A stretch of 51,805 bases of DNA, counting the filler, from Basidiobolus ranarum (Eukaryota), in assembly GCA_040143965.1 (NCBI GenBank). It is 3 parts of 3 records of this genome, joined end to end, with 100 filler letters (N's around TTAATTAATTAA, not from the genome) between each part and the next. Parts side by side here need not be neighbours in the genome. Positions count along the whole stretch, not along the records: positions 1 to 17,227 come from JASJQH010000311.1; positions 17,328 to 34,527 come from JASJQH010000312.1; 1 more part is not named here. One strand, given 5' to 3'. The notes beneath the pieces are model-generated. The model was given only the letters and a program-made list of their open reading frames with translations, did not search any database and was not told the origin of the DNA. Made by a program: the position numbers and the translations under genes. Below, one piece after another: positions 12,267 to 24,106 of the stretch; the stretch's first letter is position 1; the number at the start of each line of letters is the position of its first letter.

Positions 12267-14258
12267 ATGTCAAATTATAATCCCAATTCCGGTTACGGGA
12301 TGCCAAGCCCGAATGCACCTAACGGGGGTGATTATAACTATCCTAATGCCGGCGTAGGAAATGGTTATCCAAATACTGCACCTGCTTTCCCAGTCCAGAA
12401 TACTGGAAGTTATTACAATAACCAACCTGGTTCGTATACTAATAACGGCCCCCCTTATAACGGCTATACCGAACTTGGACAAGGATATTCGAATTTACCT
12501 GTTCAACCACCCATAACTCCTCATATCCCTGGCCAAGGTGTAGGAGACTCCCAAAGCGATAAAGAAGGGTTCCCTCCTGCTCCCTCTGGTGACCATATTG
12601 GACCGTTCCTTCGCTTTTATGATGTAGATTTGAACTCTCAAGTATGGTACGGTAGTGTCTTGTATATTACTTTGAACGACCATAGTTCTCGAACACCTAT
12701 CCTAAGTCTTTTGGATGGACCAAACAACTTTCAAATCCCCGGTGAAAAATTATATACATACGGGTCTCACATTTTTTGGCGATTTGATATTCGAGTTAGA
12801 ATGGGTCAACAAGAGAAAATAATAACCTATTCTATTGAGAATAAAATGAGTTACAAGTTTGCTGTTGCTAGTTTTCAGGAACAATGGCGAATGGCATTCT
12901 GGAGTTGCAATGGGTTCTCAGCTGATGTAAAAGACCCAATGGGTCAATTCGGTGGTAAGGATCCGTTATGGAGAGATTTGATGAGTCAACATGCCATCAA
13001 ACCTTATCATGCTATGATCGGTGGTGGTGATCAGTTATATTGTGATGCTGTATTCCCCACCATCAGTGAGATTGTTGGTTGGTTAAGCATTTCCAATCGC
13101 TCAACTCGTGATATGGCTCCTTGGACCACTTCTATGGCTAACGAAGTAGAACGGTTTTATTTCAACAATTACTGTCTAAACTTCAACTCTGGCGTTTTTA
13201 AAGAAGCTCAGGCGTGTATTCCCACTATCAATATCGTAGATGATCATGATATCTTTGATGGCTACGGCTCTTATCCTGATTCCCTACAAAACTCACCTGT
13301 TATACAAGGTACTTTCTATTGAATACTTTTACAGTGGATATTTTTAAACTAATTTCAACTAATTTCTTCAGGAATCGGAAAAACTGCCATCGATTACTTT
13401 TTGATGTTCCAACAGCATACCACTCGCGAACTAGCCTTTAAGCATGGATACTTTGGTAACCGGAGTTACCAAATGTTCAAGCGTCTTGGTCCTACTACAT
13501 GTCTCCTCGGACTTGACACTCGTTCAGAAAGATTGAAGCATCAAGTTATCTCACGTGAGACATGGAATATGATCTTTGACGTTTTAAATAATCAGATACC
13601 TCCCAGTTGTGAACATCTCATCGTAGGATTTGGTGTTCCAATTGTATACCCTCGTCTGTCGATCGCCGAAAGTACCCTACAAGGAATCTCCACCTCGTCA
13701 CTATTTCAAAAGACCGGAGCTTTTCCGCAAGTGATGAACGCTTTTGGTGAACCGGAACTGTTAGATGATTTAACGGATCATTGGACTGCCGAACCTCATA
13801 TGTTGGAGCGACAGCTATTCGTTCAAGGCCTACAAAATGTCGCCGAAAGTAAGAAAGTCAGAGTGACGTTTTTGGCGGGAGATGTACACGCCGGAGGAGC
13901 CGGGTACTTTGCTTCCAAGGGTAAAAGCGTTGACCCGAGCCGTGATCATCGATACATGGTACAAATTATCTCCTCTGCCATTGTCAATGCACCCCCACCA
14001 GATGTGGTGGTACGTGTTCTTCATGTCTCCTCATCTACGTATAAGCTGGATGACAATACGGAGGAACAAATGTTCGAGTTATTCAACACTGACGTTAACG
14101 GAAAATCCCGAATTTTGAAGAAAATTTTGAATCGTCGTAATTGGTGTTCTATTGATCCTACCGAAAACCATGGTCTGAAGTTCACTCTATTTATCGAGAA
14201 AGAAGATCATAATGGTACGGTTGGCTATGTCGTCAATGTACCAAAATTGACTGCTTAG
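12267..14258 (+). CDS. PhoD-like (alkaline phosphatase D family) metallophosphatase, 2 exons, intron 13309-13371
   Basis: Motifs FWSCNGFS, MIGGGDQLYCD, DDHDIFDGYGSY, LDTRSER, EPELLDDLTDHW, TFLAGDVH, QIISSAIVN and RRNWC. The intron joins CAA G|GA ATC in frame. The N-terminus is low-complexity (N/Y/P/G). Confidence 0.88.
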
Positions 14259-14439
14259 ATCAGCCAAGATTCATACGCTGTTAATCCACTTTTTGATTAC
14301 CAGCATTAATTTTGTCAATTTTGATGGTGATGTGGGGTGATAATAAAGTATATTATTGATATATTAAAAATTAGAATAAATTGACCACATGAGGATCATA
14401 TATAGTCTAATCCTACTGAATGTTGTGTAAAGTGACTAC

Positions 14440-14603
14440 TGCATTAAACGCTTACTTCACTATCTCGGAGCTAATCATTCAGAGCCAGTACGAAAGCTTA
14501 GGTTAAGATATCCACACACACACACATTATGCCTTGCTTTTATTAGCGCGATATTCATAGGCCAGATCTCCACCACGATGACATAGCTAAACTTCAATTC
14601 TAG
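14440..14603 (+). pseudogene. Degenerate inverted copy of the COG4 3' end
   Basis: tgcattaaacgcttacttc resembles COG4 tgcattgaatgcttacttc, and there is an intron relic with a (CA)n tract. The final exon relic ag|gccagatctccaccacgatgacatagctaaacttcaattctag reads PDLHHDDIAKLQF* versus COG4 SDFRHDDIAKLKF*. Confidence 0.85.
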
Positions 14604-14978
14604 AATCTCTCAGCGCATCATGATTCATTCATCTTCCAAGACTTATTCTCCATGCAATAAGGAATTGTCACCGATGCATATAAAATAACCTTGCCAATTA
14701 GTTTTGTCAAGCAAGAGATACTTCGCCAATGAAAGCGTAACAATATTTGGGATTTCGTCGTTATGATTGAAATAGAGTTTGCACCTTGCGCCCAGGTATC
14801 ATTTCTCAGGGTTCGATGGAATTATGCATTTGTAAAGAGTGGATTAGTGGCAGAACCAGCCATATATACAACGCCATGTTTCATTGTTTACTTGATCAGA
14901 CGTGTACCAATATATGAATTCCAATGCTCGTAAACATAATAAATAGGACTAACCAAAGGCTCAAAAATACATCACAAC

Positions 14979-15377
14979 ATGACCCGTTTACTCACTGCCA
15001 CACTTGCCTGTATTGCCGCTTTATCATCGGTACACTGCCTACCCAGTTCATCTCGAGAGAATACGTTTACTCCAGAGAAATATCCAGGGCTTATCGTTAA
15101 AGAGGGCGGAATGAACGCCATTTGCTATCATGGCGATATAATCTTTTTAGCAGAAACTTCATGGGATTGTCCAGCTGATATAGGATGCTACGCTATTGAT
15201 AGTGACCGAAGAGAAATAGAGGAAACCTTGGCTGAACTAAAAAGAAATGGAAACAAGGTCTGGCCGCTGCCATCAAATGGTGGCTTCCCCTTGCCTCGTC
15301 GCGTAAACCCCAAAGACACAAATCTAAAAGATTGGCCCAATAAGGGCAAGCAAGCTACATGTAAAAATGATGAGTAA
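14979..15377 (+). CDS. Small secreted 4-Cys protein, copy D (132 aa)
   Basis: Complete intronless ORF with a signal peptide and all family motifs including KGKQATC. ATAAATAG at 14939-14946. The upstream ~400 bp is homologous to the promoters of copies A, C and E. Confidence 0.87.
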   Translation: MTRLLTATLACIAALSSVHCLPSSSRENTFTPEKYPGLIVKEGGMNAICYHGDIIFLAETSWDCPADIGCYAIDSDRREIEETLAELKRNGNKVWPLPSNGGFPLPRRVNPKDTNLKDWPNKGKQATCKNDE

Positions 15378-15679
15378 CAAGAAGGAATCATATCTGACTG
15401 AATGAAAGCCTATATGACCCATCAATAAACCTGTCTCTACTTTTCACGGTTATATAAATGGACGACTTTAATCTTAAAGACAATACTATATTTGATCTAC
15501 AGGGCATCATACACAGATTAAAATTCGCAAAGTGCTTGAGATATTTAGTCTTGAAAGCAAAGCTAATAGAGTAGAATCATGGATACGACTGAGAAGTTTA
15601 TAAATCCTGCTCCTAAAATGGTTATGGAAGAAATCTTCAGGAAGGCCATTGTTTGTAACCAGTACTGGCCGAGAGAAGC

Positions 15680-15880
15680 CCAATCGATATGAACTGTAGG
15701 TATTCGCTTACCCGCTTTTAGTACTATGAAGCACACCTAAGCATGCAAAACTTTAATATCTTTATCCTGAAACATTGATATGTTCAACAAGGCACGGTCA
15801 CCAGATTTACAGCCATGAATATATTAGTATAGGTAGTCATAATGATTGGGGATAATCAATTGCGGTGAACAATACTTGAG
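15680..15880. repeat. Diverged inverted copy of the downstream element
   Basis: gtactatgaagcacac (15721) is the reverse complement of gtgtgcttcatagtac (~4153). The reverse complement of 15841-15878, aagtattgttcaccgcaattgattatcccc, resembles aagtaatgttcaccgcatggttattctc at ~3944. Confidence 0.7.
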
Positions 15881-16489
15881 ATACCTTTAATTTTAATATA
15901 TCTTGGAACGTATGATCACAAGGTGTAAACACTATTTATCAACAAAAGCCGGGCCTATGACTCTACTCTTCTGTTCTTCGCTCATAGCTAGTACAAGATT
16001 TATATTATCGGTTCATAAAGAAGTTTCTTCACTCTTGAATATTATCTTTATCTTAATTTCAGAACAGTTGGTTTGATCACGACTGTGATATTTGCAAGAT
16101 ATCCACTGATTATTATACCAGACTAAGATTAAAAGGGGGTTTTGAGGGTATAGGCCATGTATAGGCATAACGAAAACATATGTATATACATATAACGAAG
16201 TATAGTTTATTCCATATGACTACTAGAGTACCTTTTACCAATTCGATCTCAAGTCCACAGAGAAGAATGACTCGATAAAGGAGAAATAACCGAAGGAGTC
16301 ATAATTTTTGTGGCAATGTTATCAAGCTACATGATTGGTTTAGAAAACTACCAATCCGTTTGGACTTCAGCTTTATAACAACACTACCTATCCTTTTGAG
16401 CTTAAAGGGCATACGATGCATCGGTGTACAATGATATCAGTGTTTGCCAATTCCACGTATAGAACTTGTTTGTGATCAACGCGGTATTC

Positions 16490-16636
16490 AGGATATACCC
16501 ATTGGGCAAATATCTCAGTCAGAAATATGAACGATTCTTGGATCAAGATTTAGATATATTAAGGTTTACCTTTATGAGAGCTCTTTCCTTAGATCTGATT
16601 TCTGTCACGATCAACGCAATTAGGCTTCACTCTTAG
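16490..16636 (+). pseudogene. Third degenerate copy of the COG4 3' end
   Basis: ctcagtcagaaatatgaacgattcttggatcaag resembles COG4 cccagtctgaagtacgaaaaattcttggtttaag. ag|atctgatttctgtcacgatc...cttag resembles ag|gtctgatttccgccacgatg...ttctag. Confidence 0.75.
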
Positions 16637-16956
16637 AATTCCTTTCATTCATCTTTACAAGCTTTCAATGTGTATTCTCGATACAATCAAGAATTGTCAT
16701 TCATATACATAATATAATCTTAATAAAAATCTCTAATTATGAACGTGTCACCATGTTTGAGATTTCGTCATTTTGTTTGAAATAGAGTTTGCACCATGAA
16801 CCCAGGTATGTCTTCGATGGAATTATGTATTCGTAGAGAATAAATCAGTGGGAGAGCCAGACATGTATGCGACACTGTCTTATTGTTATACATGATCGTG
16901 TCCATAAACTACAACCATAAATAGGACTGATCACACACCTACGAATACATCACAAC

Positions 16957-17227
16957 ATGGCCTGTTTACTCACTGTCACACTTGCCTATATTGCTGCTTT
17001 ATCTTCGGTACACTGTCTACCCAGTTCATCTCCAGGGAACCCATTTACTCCTGAAAACTACCCAGGACTCATCATTGAAGTGAGCGGAATGAGCGCCATT
17101 TGTCATCATGGTGATATAACCTTTCTAGCTGAAACCTCTACTGAATGCCCTATGGATGCAGGATGCTACGCTCTCGATAAAGACAGGGAATATATCGAGA
17201 GAGACCTTGCAGATCTAAAGAAGAATG
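16957..17227 (+). CDS. Small secreted protein, copy E, truncated by the assembly gap
   Basis: Signal peptide and family motifs up to DLKKN. The last ~50 nt before the gap are identical to copy A. ATAAATAG at 16917-16924. Confidence 0.8.
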
Positions 17228-17327
17228 NNNNNNNNNNNNNNNNNNNNNNNNNNNNNNNNNNNNNNNNNNNNTTAATTAATTAANNNNNNNNNNNNNNNNN
17301 NNNNNNNNNNNNNNNNNNNNNNNNNNN
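17228..17327. other. Artificial contig linker (N44-TTAATTAATTAA-N44)
   Basis: 100-nt N run with a central six-frame-stop spacer, identical in design to 34528-34627. Confidence 0.97.
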
Positions 17328-18484
17328 TTAGCCTAGCCCATGAAACATAAATTGATTCTACTCACTGATTAGGAAAAGGATATGGCTGCGATATAGATTC
17401 TAATTTCAGTTAGCTACAGTAACGATCTGTTTGTGTGTACCAATCGGTTAAAAATGCCAAGGCCTTTTTGTTCATGGCCATCGCTGCTATTCTTGATTTC
17501 TACATGATACTTGCTTGCCTGTATGACAGGAGCATACCGACTTCCTTCTGTTGGCCCAATTATTCTTAATATAGCTGGATCTCCCCCAGGCGATTAGTAT
17601 TTTTAATTTGTCTTTGGATATAAATAGAAATACTTGCACTCTCTAGATTGGGAAGCCATGACTTGGTGTATTTGCTCCCACTCCAGCATGCGCACATATC
17701 ATGCACACCACAATAATCACTCAGACAACCGCACTTGCTCTGTCTCCTTATCCCGAAGAAGGGGGTTAGGTCTATTGGCATCGCTCACCAAGTGCTTCCA
17801 ACATCTGAGTTATATTTTAGGACTGAGGTGATACACTGATGCGTAACACCAGGTGTAACCGCTCTGCCCCAAATTTCAGATAGATTGTGTTCTGATATAG
17901 GTAGCGATAGTAAATGTTCACAGCATTCAAACAGAAATATCGGAAAGCTAGTGTAAAACAAACAGTGGAACGTGTTCAGTGTGTGCGAAGCTCATGATCG
18001 TTTATAGATTGGTGGTACGCAATACATGTAAAATTCTTTCCTTGGGTTCAATAAGCGCGAGTAGGATAAATGGGCCTAGTTTGATATCCACATGCCTGCG
18101 ACTTGATTAGTTAGAAATCTGGGATTACTATTGAAATCGCATAATATGATGATGCTATGGTTTGCTACTCGCTAAGCATTCAACAATAAAAAATATTTTT
18201 ACAAGTTGGATTGGTGAACGAACAATTTATACAATATTGAATCATAATATATATACATCGTTTCTGTGAATTCCAACACGCTCCCTCAAATTCCTTTTTT
18301 ACTGAGTACTTGTTTAACGCTATTGACGAATAAGAGCTCGAATAATCGTTTAGATACTTTTTTGAATCGGCTGGTGGCTCATACGCTCCCATACTTTATC
18401 TTTTTTGTCACCCGCTATACAGCAGTTTGACATTTACTTTGTTAATTTACTGTCAAACCTGAGAAATGACATATACAGTCAACT

Positions 18485-21400
18485 ATGGGAACCAACAAGA
18501 ACAGTAATAAGCCTTCAGAAGATAAAAATAGAATGCCTGATCCATTTCCTCCAGTCAGAAGATTTGGTAGCATTCAACGTAGTCAAACCCTACCTGTACC
18601 AACTAAAAAAGTCGAGGACACCAGCATCAATTTTTCCAACGATTTCTTCGCACTTGCATTGTCCTCGTTACCTAGTTTACAGCAGCCCAAATGGCAAAAA
18701 ACGATTGAAGAGAGGATTAAATCAGTAGTATCTATAAAATTTAGTTTAGTCGAATTTTTTGATACTGAAGGTTAGGATTGATATAGTCAGTGTTCAGTTG
18801 CTTTTTACATAGATTTATATTCAATTTTTCTTCTCAGAACCTTTAAACTCCGAGGCTACAGGTTTTGTAGTGGACTCGAAGCACGGCCTGATATTAACTA
18901 ATAGGTACACGGATCCTATCATTCACATAATTGGTGTTCGACAACTCTAATCGACTAGTTAGACATGTAGTTTCTCCGGGGCCTTTTGTGGGAGAAGCAA
19001 TTTTCCATGATCTAGAGGAAGTGGGCGTATTTCCTGTTTATCGGTATAGAATTAAGATTATATTGTAGCCATTTCCAAAACTTATATTTCGACATTCTTA
19101 TCATCACTAGTGATCCTGTTCATGATTTCGGGTAAGTAGTAAAAGAGTTTAGACACTCTCTTCCAGCTCACTAAACCGTTGTTTCGCTATAGTTTCCTTC
19201 GGTTTGACCCAACAAAAATTAAATATATGCCCGTTACAGAAATAGCACTAGAGCCTTCAGCTGCAAAAGTTGGTTTGGAAATTCGTGTCATTGGTAACGA
19301 TAATGGTGACCAGTTATCAATTCTTGCTGGTTGTATATCTCAACTTCATAGAAACGCCAGTGACTATGGGCCTGGTAATTACAGTGATTTCAAGTAAGAT
19401 AGCTTTTTATCTCATTTTTGTACAAATGGAAATGTAAATCTTTTTCAAATATAGCACATTCTATTATCAAGCAGCCTCTAGTGCTAGTGGTGGTAGTTCT
19501 GGAAGTCCTGTCATTGATGTTGAAGGGAGAGCAGTTGCACTTCAATCAGGTTGGTTCATTGCAGTATTCCGTACATAGTTAATTCTTTTTGTTGTAATAT
19601 TTCATTGACTTTGGCGAGCTTTTTTGTAGCTGGGAGTGATGAAGCTGCTAGTAACTATTATCTTCCTCTCGATCGAGTGATTCGAGCCTTGAAATGTATT
19701 CAAAACAAGGAGCCAATTACCAGAGGCACTATCCAGGTCAAATTTATGTAATTACCATTTGTTGTAATCTTGGGAAAATTTTGAAAAGCCAGTCTGATCT
19801 TTCTTTACATCATCTTGAACAGGTATGAGCCATTCAACGAAACTCGCAGGTTAGGTTTACTCCCTGATACAGAAGAGGATGTTAGAAATACATTTCCCGA
19901 CAGTAGGGGCATGCTCGTTGTGGCTTCGGTCGTCCCCAATGGTCCCGCGTATGGACTATTGGAAGAGGGAGATATTCTAGTGATGGTTAATGAGAAATAT
20001 ACGATCGAATTTTCTCGATTGGAGGAGGTCATTGATACTTCAGTAGGCGATAGCGTTAAGCTAACAGTGGAGCGCGGCGGTGAAGTTCTCAACTTCGACA
20101 TAGTTGTTCAAGATTTACATTCGATGTAGGGTTTTTTTGATGAACGCAACAGCCATGGATCAATCTATCAATGTATTAATCAAAATCCTGTTATAGAACT
20201 CCCGCTCGGTATGTAACTATCGGTGGAGGAATCTTCAATGAACTATCTTATCAGATTGCTATGAGCTACAAAATTCCTGTTGGCGGTGTTTACGTTTCTG
20301 GGGGTTATGGTATGTGGTTTGGAAGCGGAATGGTGATCCACTCCGCCCATAACATGCTTACTCCTGATCTTGATACGTTCATTGAAGTTATGAAGCAAAT
20401 TCCGGATGGAGAGCATTTTCCCGTCAAGTATCATTATGCATCCAATCAAAGAGACATGCGGTTGAAGATCGTTCGAATGGAGCGTCACTGGTCTCCATTC
20501 AAAATTGCGACAAAGGATGGTTTGTTCATTTGTTCCCTTGAGCCTTGGGTTAGCTCGAGTTATTGACGTAACATATATTCTAGATACTTCAGGGTATTGG
20601 AACTTTACTGATTTAGGGCCGCCCCCTGTTCCTGAGCTTCGTCGTCGAGTAACTGCAGATATGCTACCCAATGATAACTCTGGGTCCGAGATGGGCCTTA
20701 TACGCTCGTTTGTTAAGATCAAATATTACATGCCCTTGACATTGGATGGTTTCCGACTAGTTAATGTTAGTGTTGGTCATTATTTTCATTGTATTTAAGC
20801 ACCCACTCAATGTTAAAACTTCAGACGGAAGGCTATGGCGTAATTGTCGACTCTACCAAAGGAATCATTGTTGTCAGTCGTTCTCTTGTTCCGGTATCTA
20901 TGGGAGACCTGACTATTATCATCGCCGATTCCATTAAAATCCCTGGAAATATTGTATTTTTTCACCCTGGTCACAACTTTGTGTTCATATCTTATGACAC
21001 GAGCTTGGTTGATGATGATATTGTCAGAAGCATCAGCATCAGTGACAATCCGCTGGAAGATGGTAAATCTCTATTCATCTGATCAGTCAGAAACAAGTAT
21101 TTACTGTTCCATTCATAGGACAAGAGGCCTACTTCTTTGGATTCAACAACTCGGATTTCCCAGTACTAACCAGAACGATAATATCATATGTAAAGAATTA
21201 TGGATTTTCCGAGAACAAACCACCCCGTTTCAAGTGAGGACAAGTGTTTAGGCCCATCATGGACAATACTAAACATAGCATACATATCACTTTTAGGAGC
21301 ATTAATTTTGACGCCATTACTCTTGGATCAACCGTCCCTTCTAATTGCGATAATGGAGTGATTATAGACAGACAAGGTTGTGTTCAAGCATTGTTTTTGA

Positions 21401-22476
21401 CTTACCTTGAGCCAACCGATGAGCATGGTAACGAAAAGGAGATTCAACTCGGATTGCCTATCGATGTCATACTCCCGGCTCTGTATGATCTTAGAGAGGA
21501 CAAGTACCCTACCATAAGAATGCTTACCATCGAGCTGACTTCACTGTCCTTTGATGAGGCCAAAGATGTTGGTTTATCCTTTTTCTGGATCAAGCTATTC
21601 AAGGAAACCAATCCCACTTGTCTAGATGTCTACCAGATATATAGGGTTGAAGCAGGTAGTCCTTGTCAAGGCGTTCTGAAAGAGTTGGATATTATTTTGG
21701 CAGTTGATGGGCAACCTTGCACTCAGTTGGCAGATATGGATATTCAGTATTATCAACCTGAGATTGAGATGGTAAACCTAATTTTGATGGTCAACACCTT
21801 TCTGTTCTCAAACTAATATTATTCCATTAGACAGTTTTAAGGGATTCGGAGGAGTTGGTGATTTCCGTTCCAACCACATCTTGCTCTGGAGAGGGTACCA
21901 CTAGAGTAGTGCGATGGTGTGGAGCTGTACTCCAAGGTTGTAAAGTCTAGAAGAGATGGAATACTTTCAGTCACGTTTTCCCGATGCTAATCCCTCATCA
22001 CGTATTCTAGAGCCTTATAAAGCAGTACTACAACAAGTGGAGAGGATACCTTCTCAGGTGTACGTATCCTCGTGTAACTACGGCTCACCCGCTAATAATT
22101 ATGGATTGGTGAGATTATTTGATATAGATGAATGTAGAGACAAGAATACCACTAACACTAAATGAATTGTATATATGAAGGCACCCACAAAATTCATTAC
22201 CCATGTAAATGGTTTCGAGACTCATAACTTAGACGCTTTACTGAAAGTACTTCGAGATTCACCAGATAATACTTACGTACGAATACGGCTTGTGAGCCTT
22301 GAAGGGCATCCGGAGATATTAACGTTAAAAACGAATTATCATTATTGGTATTGTATTAGGAATATTATTTATCTATTCACTAACATTATTCACTAACCAA
22401 TTTCACCAGGCCGACCATAGAATTGGTAAAAGATCGAGAGAATGGATTTGAATGGTCAAGAAAAGAACATTCGTGA
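18485..22476 (+). CDS. NMA111: Nma111/Ynm3-type HtrA-like serine protease (tandem protease + PDZ units), multi-exon
   Basis: Spliced motifs [17 protein letters not shown] (catalytic His), R|DPVHDFG|FLRFDP (Asp) and [15 protein letters not shown] (Ser), plus [15 protein letters not shown] and [11 protein letters not shown]. The protein ends [15 protein letters not shown]...EHS* (TGA 22474-22476). Confidence 0.92.
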
Positions 22477-23068
22477 TAATAGGAGATATTCGTAATATAA
22501 TTTTTTAATGACATCTTCCTCATTTCTTACCTTTATTGATAGAGATCGAACATATATGATGTTATCCTTATTCTTCTACATTAATCGACCAAATAGAATA
22601 GATTGAAAGGGACATAAAATACAATCTTATTTACTAATTATCGAATTATGTTGTGGTCTTGGTTGGTTGGATAGTTCAATAGCATCATTAACCCGTATGG
22701 TAAAAGACAATCACTACTGGTTACTTGTCCGGAAGGAAGGCAAGTAGATGAGCTTGTAGGGTTCTGATATACATCTCATGTGTTTGCCAAGTGCATAAAG
22801 ATTCTATGGGAGTTCGTAACGAGTTTATTGATGTATTCTATTTCCTAGAATTTAAGCGAACTTTCAAGATTGTTGTATATTCTATATATAAAATGGAAGT
22901 TTGAGGTAGGTTAAATAGAACAAAGAGTTCATGGAGTTGAATCTAATTTACCAGATATGGAAAGAATTATAGGTGACCTATATCATGAAGGTGACGTAGA
23001 GAACACTTTAATTACCATGGAATTATTACTGCATGTGTGATGTGTTTATGCCAATTAATGAGAATCTT

Positions 23069-24106
23069 TCAAACTTCTTCGCTTGACCGACTTTCCAATA
23101 CCCACATAGAATCATGGTCTCTACTACGTGAAACTAACCCATCTTGCTCTTCTCCTTCATGAACAACCTCATTGACAAGTTTCTTTGATAGCCAATAAAG
23201 ATATACAACCACACCGATACCCAATGTGGCTGCCAATACCAAACCGAATATTTTCAATGGTGAAGGGTGCTGAGTGAGGGCATCGGTAAAACTAATCAAT
23301 TGGGAACCGATGTAAATGGATGGTAACAACTTGACTAGTGATATTGCAGTTACAATCAAGAATTGAGTGGTTGGAATCGTGGTACCAGCTAAAGTGGCAT
23401 TTAAAACATTGTATGGGTATGGTGCAAAGCGTATCAACAAGAATAGCTAGATCAGATCCAAAGGGTATTAATATAACATTCAGTGGAATATGTGGATTCT
23501 CATGATTGCATCTTACTTTAAAGCCTTTCTTCTCAATCGCTTGAGTTATATTGGCCATGATATGGTGTGAGGTGAGTATCCTTCTAACATAGGTATGTCC
23601 ATATTTGCGGCACAGCATGAAGCAACTCGACCCGCCTACAAATGCACCAATAAACGCTGGCACAAACCCAAGTGGAAACCCATACACAAAACCAGAGAAT
23701 GTGGTCAAGGTACCAAGACCAAAAATGGGTGGAAACCCAGTACAGGTAATCAAAAGAGTCAACACCACACCACCACTAGGTTAGAAGCTATGCTTAGTAA
23801 TTTTTTTCAATTTTTCTTGCCAACATAAGGAAAGTGAACTTACAACAAACCACGGTCACGGGTCCATTGACTTAGTTGCTCTAGTTTTGAAATAAACGTA
23901 TCTTTATAACGTGATAGTATGGCCAAAGTCATTACCAGAAAAGCGATGGTCCAGAGAACTAAGAGAACGATTTTCCATTTTCTCAAGAGTTTTCTAAGGA
24001 TGTTTCTACTGAGTTTTCCTTCGTACTTATCGCAAGCACCTATGCCTATTGGTAATTCTTCAGATAAGTTTAGCGTCCCTCTAGCTTTAACCCTACTGGA
24101 AACCAT
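23069..24106 (-). CDS. TVP38: TVP38/TMEM64 (DedA/VTT, SNARE-associated Golgi) membrane protein, 3 exons
   Basis: Motifs GFPPIFGLGTLTTFSGFVYGFPLGF, AIEKKGFK|LAILLIRFAPYPYNVLN and KLLPSIYIGSQL, with several TM segments. Probable start MVSSR at 24106. Confidence 0.85.

Noticed and set aside
17272-17283. TTAATTAATTAA palindrome (also 34572-34583) as a biological site
   Set aside because: It is centred in identical 100-nt N runs, so it is a six-frame-stop assembly spacer.
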